A program made the position numbers and the translations under genes. A stretch of 64,000 bases of DNA from a virus. Its lineage: Duplodnaviria; Caudoviricetes. The notes beneath the pieces are model-generated. The model had not been told where the DNA came from. It worked only from the letters and a program-made list of their open reading frames with translations, and made no database searches. This document shows, piece by piece, positions 31,887 to 42,800 of this stretch; position 1 is the first letter of the stretch, and every line of letters begins with the position of its first letter. The stretch lies in IMG/VR virus record IMGVR_UViG_3300037722_000745, positions 224,001 through 288,000 of that record; one strand, given 5' to 3'.

Positions 31887-32843
31887 CTAACTGAAATTCG
31901 GAGCCTCCGCCTTCAGAACGTCCACCACAGTACGGCGTACTCTAGGAGGTAACTCAGAGTCCCGAAGGGCTTGCATGAGCTTTGCACCCCCACCTAGGAA
32001 GGCAAGGACCTCACTCCTGTGGGTCTCCAACGGCTTGCACAGCTCTTCGTCTTCTGAGCACTCCGTAAGGGTGCTCAGAAGAATCTCTTTGGCCTCCGCC
32101 AGAGAGATCATGGTGTCACAATCCGGGGTGTTCACATCCGCTATCGTCGACTCCCAGACCACAGCATCACCATCCTCGTACGTCGGTAAGAGGTAGGGAC
32201 GCTCTTTGTGCCGTCGCTCCTGCGTGCGGCAGAAATTCGCGAAGTGGTTTAAGACAGAGAAGGCCAAGTAGTTCTTGAACTGAGCGCGGGTAGCTTTGAC
32301 TGAAGGCCACTTAAGGCGCTCACCTCTCACACGCTCATAGAGAACCCCGCCCCGCACGTCCTGACCGAGACGAAGTGCTGTGGGGATCGTCGTCAAATAG
32401 TGAATGTCCTCAATGGAAAAGAGAGCCTGACGCTTCAGGTAACCACTCTCCGGACTACCCTCAAACTCAGCAAGGTTGATCGGGGTAGGCATCCAGTTCC
32501 CCACGACGTAGATCGCCGGAACCCCGTTGATCAGAAGCCGCGGAGTCCCTCTGTGGTACGCGGCCATTGCAGCCTGCCACTGCAACCAGGAAACCCCAAG
32601 CACGTCGCAGACCTCAATCGCAGTGAGAACCTTGGGGCGTTGCTTCTCGATCTTGGCTTTGAAGCGATCCAACAGCTTCGCTTCTAGGATCTTCATCCAA
32701 ACATAGCTGTGAAGGTCCTCAAAGTTCCTCTCCACCTTGTTGTACTTCTTGAGCAGTCGGAGGATCAACGCTCCATACTGACTGTGAAGCTCGTTGTAGT
32801 CTCGAGGTACAACAGATCCACTAGACGACGAATTCGGCGTCAT
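31887..32843 (-). CDS. sigma-factor-like protein
   Basis: EDLHSYVWMKIL ... FKNYLAFSVLNHFANFCR resembles sigma-70 region 2 with a large insert. Confidence 0.55.
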   Translation of the reverse strand: MTPNSSSSGSVVPRDYNELHSQYGALILRLLKKYNKVERNFEDLHSYVWMKILEAKLLDRFKAKIEKQRPKVLTAIEVCDVLGVSWLQWQAAMAAYHRGTPRLLINGVPAIYVVGNWMPTPINLAEFEGSPESGYLKRQALFSIEDIHYLTTIPTALRLGQDVRGGVLYERVRGERLKWPSVKATRAQFKNYLAFSVLNHFANFCRTQERRHKERPYLLPTYEDGDAVVWESTIADVNTPDCDTMISLAEAKEILLSTLTECSEDEELCKPLETHRSEVLAFLGGGAKLMQALRDSELPPRVRRTVVDVLKAEAPNFS

Positions 32844-33031
32844 TAGAGAGTCTCCCTGAGTCGGATAGACCCCTGGTCAGAGGGGAGAGCGAGAGGCTGA
32901 TCTGAGTACCTGCCGGAGCAGGAGGCGTCAACCAAATAATGAGGACCAAGCTCGATTTGTTTGAACGAGATCCACGAACTCAGAACTCACCGCTAAGAAG
33001 CTATTCCACAAAGACATTACCGTGGGTTAAC

Positions 33032-33040
33032 TGTGGATAA
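33032..33040 (-). promoter_or_regulatory. perfect DnaA-box sequence in a ~750-bp intergenic region
   Basis: TGTGGATAA (reverse of TTATCCACA); near-match TATTCCACA at 33002. Confidence 0.35.
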
Positions 33041-33613
33041 GTTGTAGGTTAAGGTGAGAGCGTAACCTAGATTCACACCAGGACGAATTAGCTAGTTTGG
33101 GCCTATACTGAGTGAAGGTGGATTACGATGACCTGCACTGAGAGGACGAGCTGTGCTTACTGTAGCGAGAACTGTTGTTGCGGTATCTGCGTTTAGGGGA
33201 TGAGAACTGAGATGATCTGAAGAACTGGTTTTGATAGGAGTATGATTTCTGTCTCTAGTTTCGGTTAACTCAGAAGAGAGGACTCACTCTTCTGGGAGGA
33301 TCAGATCGGCTCTAACCCTCTCGCACCTACTTAGCCAAGCACGCTGTCTCCGGGAGAACTCACTTGCAGCGAGAACCGATTCCCTGCGCACTCTCTCCTG
33401 ATCTCCAACTCGAAGCTCCGAGCAAATGAGATCGTCAGCATCCAGTCTCCTGGCTAGAGCAGTTGGCCTTTTCACTGGGCTCCCGGGGAGCTTCCCGGGC
33501 CATGTGTCCTGCCCGCTTCGCGGGCGAGGCACGGGGCCTGAGGACCGAACCCTGTTTCCAGGGCTGTTCAGGGGGTACACCAGACCTCCACCGTTTTGGT
33601 GTACATCCTCCTC

Positions 33614-33934
33614 ATGACGGCCACTTTTTTGGAGATGGAGGATCTTCCCGGCACGACTCGCGTCAGGGTCGATGTTCCCACCTTGAGACTAGGTGATCCT
33701 CTAAAGCTTCGATTTCGTTTGGAACGGATTCATTTGGGTAGGCGGGAGCAGCTCGAGGTGAGCGGGGGTTTCCGGGTCACCTCGATCTCGCACGAAATTG
33801 ATCCCTACGGGTACCGGCAGATCGCAAAGATCGCCGCGGTGGGAGTGCCGCCGTCCTGGAAGGCAGTCAAATTGAGCCCCACCGACCGCCGTCAGTTGCC
33901 CCCCGCAAAGTCACCTCCGACGTTGGTCGAGTGA
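33614..33934 (+). CDS. hypothetical protein
   Basis: ATG at 33614 after a GGTGTA motif. Confidence 0.65.
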   Translation: MTATFLEMEDLPGTTRVRVDVPTLRLGDPLKLRFRLERIHLGRREQLEVSGGFRVTSISHEIDPYGYRQIAKIAAVGVPPSWKAVKLSPTDRRQLPPAKSPPTLVE

Positions 33935-33945
33935 GGTTGCTCGAC

Positions 33946-34368
33946 TCAATGGGACCGCCGACTCACTAAACCTTCGGCCACCAACACATCACAGACGAAC
34001 GAAACCTGGGCAATTCCAGGATCATCACTGAACCACTCAACGTGAAGCCGTTGGTCTGAGATCACCTCATTGTCCCTTAGGCGTTTGCAACGATCACGGC
34101 AGAAAGACCTCTGGAGCCCGGTCACCTTGGAGAGCTTGTCGGGGTTGGTTGTCCCACTGTGCGGAATCGCCAACAACAAGAGAGCAGAGCTTCTCTGTGT
34201 GCCTTCCAGCTCCATCTCGTCAAACAAGAGAGCAGAGCTTCTCTGTGTGCCTTCCAGCTCCATCTCGTCAAACGCCTGGTTGATGAATTTCAAAGCCTCG
34301 TCGGTCAGCGGGTGGTAAACCTTTCGGCTACGGCGCTTGCGGCCTGGAATCGCTTTTCCGTCCGCCAC
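33946..34368 (-). CDS. putative winged-helix DNA-binding protein with 16-aa tandem duplication (start uncertain)
   Basis: NPDKLSKVTGLQRSFCRDRCKRL HTH-like segment. Confidence 0.5.
   Translation of the reverse strand: MADGKAIPGRKRRSRKVYHPLTDEALKFINQAFDEMELEGTQRSSALLFDEMELEGTQRSSALLLLAIPHSGTTNPDKLSKVTGLQRSFCRDRCKRLRDNEVISDQRLHVEWFSDDPGIAQVSFVCDVLVAEGLVSRRSH
34175..34270. repeat. perfect 48-bp tandem duplication
   Basis: Encodes FDEMELEGTQRSSALL twice. Confidence 0.95.
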
Positions 34369-34703
34369 TTCCGAAAGGGGCTCGGTTCCGGCACCTTCGT
34401 CCGCTTCAGGGGTGGTACCGGTTTGAGCTTTGCTGGAGCTTGCAGGGGTTCTGGGGGCTGTGGCGGACGGACAGGGGCTGGCGGCGGGTCTCTCGGGATC
34501 CTGGGTTTGTGGGGCTTCCTGGGGCGCTGGGGTGGCCTCGGCCGCTGCTGCGGGTCTTCGTTCGGATCCGGCTTCTCGAACCGCTCCGGATGATCCTTGA
34601 GAGTCTCGGGTAGAACCCAGACGATCCGCCCGGTCTCGCGGTTTTCCGCTGGGACCTCGTTGTCGGCCGCCCAGCGGGCCAGGACTCGGATTGGACTCAC
34701 CAC
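34305..34703 (-). CDS. Pro-rich hypothetical (putative virion) protein
   Basis: N-terminus IRVLARWAA. Confidence 0.65.
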   Translation of the reverse strand: MVSPIRVLARWAADNEVPAENRETGRIVWVLPETLKDHPERFEKPDPNEDPQQRPRPPQRPRKPHKPRIPRDPPPAPVRPPQPPEPLQAPAKLKPVPPLKRTKVPEPSPFRKWRTEKRFQAASAVAERFTTR

Positions 34704-34870
34704 ACACAGACTAACTCACAGAATGATCAGGGACCGGTGTAGCACAACATGAGTGTAGAGTCAGGATCGCTTGCGGGAGCGTCTTCGATCACACCGTCGT
34801 TCGGCTTTGACCGAGAATATAGTTTGAACTTGTCTTAGCGGTCAACTGCTAGGCGCCCATCCATTCTCGG

Positions 34871-35155
34871 TCAACTTGAGGGCTCGGGCCATTTGTACCC
34901 TGGCCGCCGCCTGCGGGCCTCTTCTTCGGTCATCTGCTCCAGACCGCCCTCCGCGTACCAAGCGTGCCGACAATCCCTACACTTGTAATGTGTGGGTATG
35001 GAATACCCGACAGCCACGGAGGTGCTGCCGCACGAAGGGCACGAGGGGGTGTCAGTCAATGAAGCAACCTGCCCTTTCGATGCTCGGTCAAACGCTGGTC
35101 TACCAGCCGGTTCAGCACACTCTAAACAGGTTTCGGCCACCGGTTCAATCCCCAA
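34871..35155 (-). CDS. Zn-ribbon hypothetical protein
   Basis: CLEC, CPSC, CRDC. Confidence 0.55.
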   Translation of the reverse strand: MGIEPVAETCLECAEPAGRPAFDRASKGQVASLTDTPSCPSCGSTSVAVGYSIPTHYKCRDCRHAWYAEGGLEQMTEEEARRRRPGYKWPEPSS

Positions 35156-35168
35156 GGTGGAGCTACCC

Positions 35169-36626
35169 TTACGCCTCGAACTGTTTGAAGAACTCGGGGT
35201 TGGTCAACGCGGTGTGGGCGAGCTTGGCTCCAAGGCGGGTGAGTGCCTTGTGGTATTTTTCATCCAGGTGATTCATGGCGTAGTGGTGGCCAAATTCATG
35301 AATGATCAAATCGGTCACACCTTCAAAGTTCTTTTGCAGGTCAAACCAGCGTTTACCAAGCTTCGGAACATTGAACGTCAAATGGCCGGGGCCGTAATTG
35401 GCACTGTAACCTTGCGTGGGCTCGTTCTCCATGGTCACAGCAATATTCACGTCCATCAGCCTTAACGCGAGCCCTCTGGCGTAATCCGCCACGGCCTGCA
35501 TCCCGTTGGTCCACTGGTGCTCTGGGATGATCCGAACAGGGTCACCCTCGGGGTCGTAGGGCTTCGGGGTTGGGAACAGTTGCCCAGACGGTTGGGCGGC
35601 TCCTGTCCGCCGGATGTTCGCCCACGCTGGCTTGGAGAAAGTACCCCCAGGAATGACTGTGTGGCCGTGGGCAAAAGCTTTGGAGTTTGCCTCAGGATCA
35701 GATGGGTCGTAGATCGTCCTAGCCTCACCGAACCGGTGAGTGAGTACCGCCTTGACGGCAGCATCACTCACGTCGGGGTGTTCGAGGGCCTCTTGGAGCA
35801 GAACGTTACTCGCATCCTCAGTCTTCAATTGATTGTGCATCTCATTGAGGACAGCCACTGAAAGGGCCTTGCGGTAAGCATTAGTCACGTTGTCCCGGTC
35901 CGCATTGAGCGGGACCTTTTGCTGGATGTTCACACTCCAGGGAAGGTCGAGTTCCACGACGGGGATCCCCATCTCGTAAAGGAAAGCCGGTCTGCCTTCA
36001 CCGAGTTTGTATAGCTCAACCTCGGTCTTGCGGGTCGTGCGCTTGAGGTTCCCCTCGTCATCAGAGATTTCAGTCGCAAGCGCTGCTTCGAAGCGCTTGA
36101 AAGGCTCTCGGAAGGGGATCTCGACCCCATTAATAGTCGTCTGGATCGGAGGGAGTAGAAGCTGCGCAGCCTCAATCACCTCCGCCTGTTCCGCTCGAGT
36201 CATGCGGATGACAGCCTCGAACAGTGACCCGACTTCACGCTTGGTCTGTTTAACCGTTCGAGTAAATTTGCCGCTTCGCTGCTCGAACAGAATCGTCCCG
36301 GTTGTAGTCGAGATCGTGGCACTCTCACAAGCCGCTAGCACAAGCTTCTCCCCCAAATTGAAGCGACCTCGCTTTCGGGAATCGGCCTTCTTTTCGCTTG
36401 AGGCGTACAGCGTGTATGCATGGGAGAGATCACGAAACCCGTCGGGATCATCATCGTAGACGGAGAAATTCACGGCCGGTCGGTTGGGGATCGGGGTGAG
36501 GGTTACGACCGCTTTGGTGGCCGAGGTGTCCCAGGCATTTTGAACCAACTCGTAGAGGACAAAGGCTAGCCCACGACGTCGGACAAGCTGGGCTAGACCC
36601 TTCTTATCTACTTCGAACCAACCCAT
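35169..36626 (-). CDS. GHKL (HSP90-like) ATPase with C-terminal HEXXH motif
   Basis: YELVQNAWD, DDDPDG, RGRFNLGEK; IIHEFGHH. Confidence 0.85.
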   Translation of the reverse strand: MGWFEVDKKGLAQLVRRRGLAFVLYELVQNAWDTSATKAVVTLTPIPNRPAVNFSVYDDDPDGFRDLSHAYTLYASSEKKADSRKRGRFNLGEKLVLAACESATISTTTGTILFEQRSGKFTRTVKQTKREVGSLFEAVIRMTRAEQAEVIEAAQLLLPPIQTTINGVEIPFREPFKRFEAALATEISDDEGNLKRTTRKTEVELYKLGEGRPAFLYEMGIPVVELDLPWSVNIQQKVPLNADRDNVTNAYRKALSVAVLNEMHNQLKTEDASNVLLQEALEHPDVSDAAVKAVLTHRFGEARTIYDPSDPEANSKAFAHGHTVIPGGTFSKPAWANIRRTGAAQPSGQLFPTPKPYDPEGDPVRIIPEHQWTNGMQAVADYARGLALRLMDVNIAVTMENEPTQGYSANYGPGHLTFNVPKLGKRWFDLQKNFEGVTDLIIHEFGHHYAMNHLDEKYHKALTRLGAKLAHTALTNPEFFKQFEA

Positions 36627-36748
36627 ACCTACCTCCTAGCCAGTTTTTGACGGTCTTCGGGTATTACAATCAAGAGCACCAGAAATTAAAATCAGATCCA
36701 GCTCACCAGGTCTCCATTTCCCACTCATGTGATCCCTAGGGTGAAGTC

Positions 36749-37258
36749 ATGCGAGATTATGAGGGCAGAAACAGCTTCTACCCAGCAGCGAAGAAAGTGT
36801 TCGCCAACCCAATTGTCAAATGGGTTGGCGGTGCCGCCCTTGCTGCGATCACCGCTGCGGTCACTACAGGGATCTGGCCCTTTTTCAAGGGCTGGGTGAT
36901 CACCAGAGCCTCGACGGAAGTAGTCACCCAATTGGACACCCGTCTAGGTAAATTGGAATCCGCCCGCGTAGTGTCCATAGGCAACCTCAATACGGATGAT
37001 ACCAGTGCGTTGACTGAAGGTGAACGCCTTCAGTGGGTAATCATCCGACTGAAGCGTTTAGAAATGAGATCGGTGCAAGAGATGCGCAAGAGGATTGGGT
37101 TGGAGGCCCGTCTTCGTATGCCCCGACCCAATTCAAAAGCCGCGGAAGGTGTGGCTGCAACGGTCAAATCTAAATTCGACGACTTGGTGTTTCGGGGGGA
37201 AGATCCCCAAGTAGCTGCGCAGAAGGCTCTAGAGTCAGTGTATGGGCAGGATGAATGA
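36749..37258 (+). CDS. hypothetical membrane protein
   Basis: One hydrophobic helix followed by a coiled coil. Confidence 0.7.
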   Translation: MRDYEGRNSFYPAAKKVFANPIVKWVGGAALAAITAAVTTGIWPFFKGWVITRASTEVVTQLDTRLGKLESARVVSIGNLNTDDTSALTEGERLQWVIIRLKRLEMRSVQEMRKRIGLEARLRMPRPNSKAAEGVAATVKSKFDDLVFRGEDPQVAAQKALESVYGQDE

Positions 37259-37716
37259 TCTATACAGAAACCAACGAGATTAACGCTTCCTGTTTACATG
37301 AGCATTTGTGGCAGGGAGGGCTCCCTCCTATAGGCCCCTGCGTCAAGAATGCAGGATTCGATTTCCTGGTTCTTTGCGCTCATGAGTATCAACCCCCTGC
37401 TCGTAAATTTCCCGGGGTGCGGGTTTGGCATGCACCCGCTGTAGATGACTTCGACTCACCCCCGACGAAACCAATGCTCGAAGTTGCGATAGCGGCAGCA
37501 AACAAAGTTGTCGAGGCCATTGGGCGAGGCGAGACTGTACTTGTCACCTGCATGGCAGGGGTTAATCGATCCAGCCTTGTGAGCGGTCTTGCTCTACACA
37601 AACTCCTCGGTCTATCAGGGAAGGATGTTTGTGCGATGATCCAACTTCAGAGACCTGGCACTCTGACGAACCCTCATTTCACACAATGCCTCTCCAACCT
37701 CCCCCAACGATTTTAA
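37255..37716 (+). CDS. dual-specificity/tyrosine phosphatase-family protein
   Basis: VTCMAGVNRS (CX5R). Confidence 0.85.
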   Translation: MIYTETNEINASCLHEHLWQGGLPPIGPCVKNAGFDFLVLCAHEYQPPARKFPGVRVWHAPAVDDFDSPPTKPMLEVAIAAANKVVEAIGRGETVLVTCMAGVNRSSLVSGLALHKLLGLSGKDVCAMIQLQRPGTLTNPHFTQCLSNLPQRF

Positions 37717-37865
37717 TTTGGTTTCTGGCGCGGTCAGTTGTAATACCCTACTGACTCTCCTTACAAGGTCACTGATCACGTCCTAGCTCAGAGCAGACGG
37801 TAACGAGGTCTACGAACTCGTACTTGGAGCGTCCAAGTACGAGTTCGACAAGAGGAGCAAAGAGA

Positions 37866-38219
37866 ATGGGAACTAGGCCCTATACGCAACTGTGGTTAGG
37901 CACTAAGGCAGGTTATCTGGAGGACTTGTTGTTGTACCCCGGCGCAGATAGGGAGTATGAAGATCCGTACGATTGGAATGAGGAGAACAAAGGGAAGATG
38001 GGTGTGGAAGTCGTTGATGTCCTCGGCGGCATTGGCGGGCTTAAGTACGCCCTGGCGCTTGAGTGCTACAGCACCGGTTGGACTGACGGCCTGGAGCTTA
38101 ACTTGCGCTCGTCGAAGATAACTGCGGAAGAAACGGAGCGCATGCAAGCTGCGGCCAAGATGTTGAGCTGGAAGCTGGAGGGGCCAATCACGTGGTGGCT
38201 TGCCGCCGCATTCGCGTAG
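37866..38219 (+). CDS. hypothetical protein
   Basis: Start MGTRPY after GGAG. Confidence 0.65.
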   Translation: MGTRPYTQLWLGTKAGYLEDLLLYPGADREYEDPYDWNEENKGKMGVEVVDVLGGIGGLKYALALECYSTGWTDGLELNLRSSKITAEETERMQAAAKMLSWKLEGPITWWLAAAFA

Positions 38220-38273
38220 TGAAAAGGGTGATCAAGCAACAAGCGCCGGTGGCACGGATGAAGCTCAGAGGGA

Positions 38274-39083
38274 ATGCGTAGAATAATCATCGGTGACGTT
38301 CACGGTTGCTTGGAAGAGTGGCGTGAATTGTTGAAGGTACTGTCCTTCCGAAAAGGTGAGGATTTCCTGCTGCAAGTGGGTGACCTTCTGGACCGAGGGC
38401 CCGATCCGGTGGGTTGCGTCCGCTACGCTCGCGAGTTGGGGGCCATCGTTCTCATGGGCAACCACGAGGAAAAGCACCTCCGCTGGAGGCGGCACGAGGA
38501 CCGGCGGGCGGCAGTGCTCCGCGAGGGGCGGACCCCCAAGAAGAACCCCATGAAGGCATTCAGTGAGACCAAGGCCGCTCAGAATGCGGCGCTCTCGGAT
38601 GACGACATCGCCTGGATAGCCAGCCTACCGCTTTCCTACGATCTCGGCGGCGGTCTGCATGCGGTCCACGCGGGCTGTGAGCCTCGCTACTCCATCGCGG
38701 ATCAGAGTCGAGATGTGTTGACCCGCTTGCGGTACGTCGGGACCGAAGAAGGCCATAAGCGGTTCGATCGCATGGTCGGCTACGCTGCGGGCTCGCTCGA
38801 TCAACCGGAGAACACGATCTACTGGTCGGAGCGGTGGCAGGGCCCAGAGAGCATCGTCTACGGACACGCTGTGCACTCGCTCACGGAACCTAAGATTGAC
38901 GCCTTCCCGGGCGGTCGGTGTTACGGGATCGACACTGGGTGTTGTTTCGGGGGTCGGTTGACCGCGATGGTACTCGAAGATGGCCGAGAACCGGAGTTCG
39001 TGCAGGTCCAGGCCCGCGAGGCGTACTCTGAGCTGTACCAGAAACGTCCCGATGGTTCGTGTGGGGAGCCTGGGCCCGCATGA
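38274..39083 (+). CDS. metallophosphoesterase (ApaH/PrpA-like)
   Basis: GDVHG, GDLLDRG, GNHE, VHAG, GH, IDTG motifs. Confidence 0.92.
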   Translation: MRRIIIGDVHGCLEEWRELLKVLSFRKGEDFLLQVGDLLDRGPDPVGCVRYARELGAIVLMGNHEEKHLRWRRHEDRRAAVLREGRTPKKNPMKAFSETKAAQNAALSDDDIAWIASLPLSYDLGGGLHAVHAGCEPRYSIADQSRDVLTRLRYVGTEEGHKRFDRMVGYAAGSLDQPENTIYWSERWQGPESIVYGHAVHSLTEPKIDAFPGGRCYGIDTGCCFGGRLTAMVLEDGREPEFVQVQAREAYSELYQKRPDGSCGEPGPA

Positions 39084-39895
39084 GAAACATGGTCATCGCC
39101 CCCAAGCCCGGCAAGAAGGGCCGCTCGTTTACCGCCGTGTTGTTGGCGTCGGTCGAAGCGGATCTTCTCTGGTCTGGGGGGATGACCGACACCGATAACC
39201 AGCGTCCCGTATGGGCCATGTTTGGTGGTTCCGAAAACGAATTGCGAGCCTTCATGGCCAACCTGATGTCAGGTCGAATCGCGGTGTTCCCAAAGTCCAA
39301 CGGGTACAGCCGATCTCGAGACGAGTGTGTTGAAATCCTACGGTCGGCCGGTTACCGCATCGTTTGGCAACGCGAAGCCGAAGGCGCTTTGGCGACGATC
39401 TACCTCCCCGACTTGTTTCAGATTGACCCTGGACTGGTTGACCCAGAGGGGATTAAATTCATCTTGTTGCCAACTCAAGCGTGGGTGGATGAGCAACGGA
39501 TTGACCCCTACCCACTGATCTCCCACGCGCAGCGAAGTTACGATCTCCCAGACGAGCAGCTCGCCTCGTGGGTGTCAATCGCGCACCTCTTCATTGCGTA
39601 CTTGGACCGGCGGACCCGTTGCCCCCTGGTAGCGGATGGTCGGTTTTTTCTACAACTGATGCTGGCGTGCCTGAGAGATGGGCTCGCAAGCTTTACTACG
39701 GACGACACTCATTACTACTACCGCAATGAGAAAATAGGGTTCGGGATCCACCCACAAGCACGGTACTATGAGAAGAACACATCCAAAGTTGGGCTCTCTC
39801 CGGGCCTGGTGTTTTCTGCATCCCACGAGAGATTTGAGAAGCTGTTAGCGGAAGAGGTTTCTCTCTACTTCCAGCACGCCCAAGGGGTCTCCTGA
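39080..39895 (+). CDS. hypothetical protein, translationally coupled to the helicase gene
   Basis: 4-bp and 1-bp overlaps with neighbours. Confidence 0.75.
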   Translation: MRNMVIAPKPGKKGRSFTAVLLASVEADLLWSGGMTDTDNQRPVWAMFGGSENELRAFMANLMSGRIAVFPKSNGYSRSRDECVEILRSAGYRIVWQREAEGALATIYLPDLFQIDPGLVDPEGIKFILLPTQAWVDEQRIDPYPLISHAQRSYDLPDEQLASWVSIAHLFIAYLDRRTRCPLVADGRFFLQLMLACLRDGLASFTTDDTHYYYRNEKIGFGIHPQARYYEKNTSKVGLSPGLVFSASHERFEKLLAEEVSLYFQHAQGVS

Positions 39896-42800
39896 TGGCT
39901 CGTATTGAATCGGTTGCCGTTGGGGGCTATTACAAGACACCAACGCATCTTCTCCCGCGGATCACTCCGCTATTGGCTCCCTACCACGGAGACGAGACAG
40001 TCTCGTTTATGGATCCTTGCGCGGGTGAAGGGGAGGCCATTCTACATCTGGCCCAGGCGTGGATTAAAAACCAGAAGATCCAACTCTACACTTGCGAAAT
40101 GGAGGCCACGCGAGCGGGCACCCTCCAAAAGATCTGCAAAGACAACCACTGGGGCTGGGTTAGGACTTCAATCCACGGTGATGCTTTCTGTGTGACCTTC
40201 AACGGAGAGGGAGTGTCAGTCCTGTTTCTGAACCCTCCGTATGACACAGATAGGGTTCACGGGCGACTTGAGCACAAGTTCCTGTCTCGGTTCACCTCGG
40301 GTTTGAAGCCCGGGGGTGGGGTCTTGTTGTTTGTGGTTCCTCACTACGCTCTCGCCGCGTCTGCAGAGTTTCTGGCAACCGAGTACGACGATCCACACTG
40401 TTTCAAATTCCCGGAGGAGGATTTTGCATCCTTCAAACAGGTCGTACTGTTCGCTCGCCGTTTGAGCGAACCAAGATTGGTTCCAGAGCCTACCCTCAAG
40501 GAGAGGATTAAGGGTTGGGCTACCGATCCAAGTAACCTCCCAGAGTTGCCCAACCTAGTCTCGAAGCCTCTGGGTGAGGTCTTACCTTCATCGAGTTATC
40601 GTGGCTCTCTAAGCGAATGGAGGCTGCAACCTACAGACATGATCGGGCTCATCGGCAAAGCCCGACCGTGGACTTTCAGTTCTCGGGGCGGTCATCAAGT
40701 CCCGGTTCTTGGGGTCTTGCCCGACGTCCCGATTGAGAGCTTATTGCTCCGGAAGTACCCTGTTGCAACCCCACCCCGGCCGGCCCACATTGCAGCCGGT
40801 ATCGCGGCTGGGATCTTCAACGGATCCCGAGTGGAGCCGACAGATTCGAGCACGAGGCTTCCACCGCTCCTGGTCAAGGGTGTGTTCGATCAGGAGTGGA
40901 GGACGGTTGAAGAGAAGACCAACAAGAAGGGCGAAGTCACGTCAGTTGTTCAAGTGCAGCAGCCCAAACTCGTAGCCACGGTGTTGGACCTCACCACGTA
41001 CCAGTACCACACACTCCAGGAGAATGACTCAGAGAGCCCTGACGTCGGGACTCTTTCTGTCGCTGGTCTGCTCAAACACTACGGCGACAGTTTGATGGAG
41101 GTCATGGAAAAGCAGTGCCCTATCCTGTATGACCCCCGCAAGGACGGGGACAGCATCCCCCTGGCCCCCACGGCCCGCACGCTGTACATCGCCCAACAAC
41201 ACGCTACCAAGGCCCTGGTGAAGCTTCTAGGCGGTCCTGGGCTGCCTCTGAAGGCGCGGCGGGGTAAGGGTGCGATCCTCCTCGGAGAGATCGGATCAGG
41301 GAAAACCTCGGTTTCGATCTCTCTCGTCAACACCATTGGATCCAAGCGCCCATTGGTGTTGTGCCCGCCCCACCTGTTGGACTCGTGGAGAGACGAGGCA
41401 GCACAAGTCTTACCCGATGTCGAAGTCCGCGTGCTTCGCTCTGTGGGGGACATCGAAGCTCTCGCAGCGGATACTCAAAAAGAGATGATCTTGTCCGTGG
41501 TTTCACGTGAAACCGCGAAGCTTTCTCATGGCTGGGAAGGTGTAGGCCCCCTGTGCCCGAGATGTGGATCGCCAACGCCTAAGGTCGACTTAGCTCGCAA
41601 GAGAATGCGTTGTAAAGCAAGGCATCTCGTACCTACAGGGAAGCTCGAGACCCGGAAGCTCAATGGCCCACTGGCTAGGCTGGTGCTTAAACTCGCCAAC
41701 CAGCTCATTCCGTACGATCCAACTGACCCTACTGTGGAATACCTTCTGCAAGGTCGTTGGGATCGCAAGCGGATTGCATTCTATAAAGGTAAGTACAACG
41801 AAGACACCCCACCGGTGTTCCCAGGGTTCACGCCGAACTATTTTGACGATGTTCTAGACGCGCTACTTCCTCGGTTCAGTGAGGGTGACCGGGTTGCCAA
41901 AGCCATCGTGTGGATCTTGCTGTGCTTGGGAAGTGTAGAGCGTGTGGCCCAAGTAGCGGAGCACTTCTTAAGTCAACCAAGGGTTGACTACCGGCTAAGG
42001 GACTTTGGGCGTCATCTATTGTTCCTACTACCGCCGAACGGTCAACGTCAACTGGAGTTGATCCACCGTTACGGGGACAACAACCATGACGTGTGGAACC
42101 CCTGGGGCCAGCTTTTGAATCAGGTCTCGGAAGAGCAACAAGGGCTCCACTCCCACGTGGCAGGTCTACCTCTTCTTTGGGAAGGTGGGCGCCTTACGGT
42201 TGAAAAGGCTGAGGCTAGAAGCTTAGGGGCGGCTAAAGCGGCTCTGACGATTCTTAGCCGCTTGTCGGGGCTCCAATGGTCCAAACCATGCGGCGAGATT
42301 TTGTTCCAAGCAGTCCCCGAACCTCGTCGAGTCGCTTTGGCGGATCACATTTACCACCGTTACCCCGCACTGTTCGACGCTTTAATCTTGGACGAGTGTC
42401 ACGAGTACTCTACGGCCGGTTCCGCTCAACAACAGGCGGGCCACCGATTGACAGGGCTTGGTCTTCCCACCTTATTGATGACCGGCAGCGTCATGAACGG
42501 TTATGCGGAGAGCCTCTTCATGAACATGTGGGCGATCTCGCCACCGTTCCGCGAAGAGTTTGTCCGCAGTGACAAGAGCAAGTTCAACGATCGCTACGGC
42601 TACCGTAAACGTCTGCTCCAGGATCGCGATGAGGAAGGCTCGGTTGTGGAATTCGGCTCGATGTCGGATCGAGTCACACGATCCAACCGAGTCATCGGCA
42701 ATGCTCCTGGTGTCCTTCCGCTGTTCTTGCTGCGACATCTCCTGCCGATCTCGGTCACGTTACACAAGGCCGATCTTGCATTGGAGCTGCCTCCGTGCAC

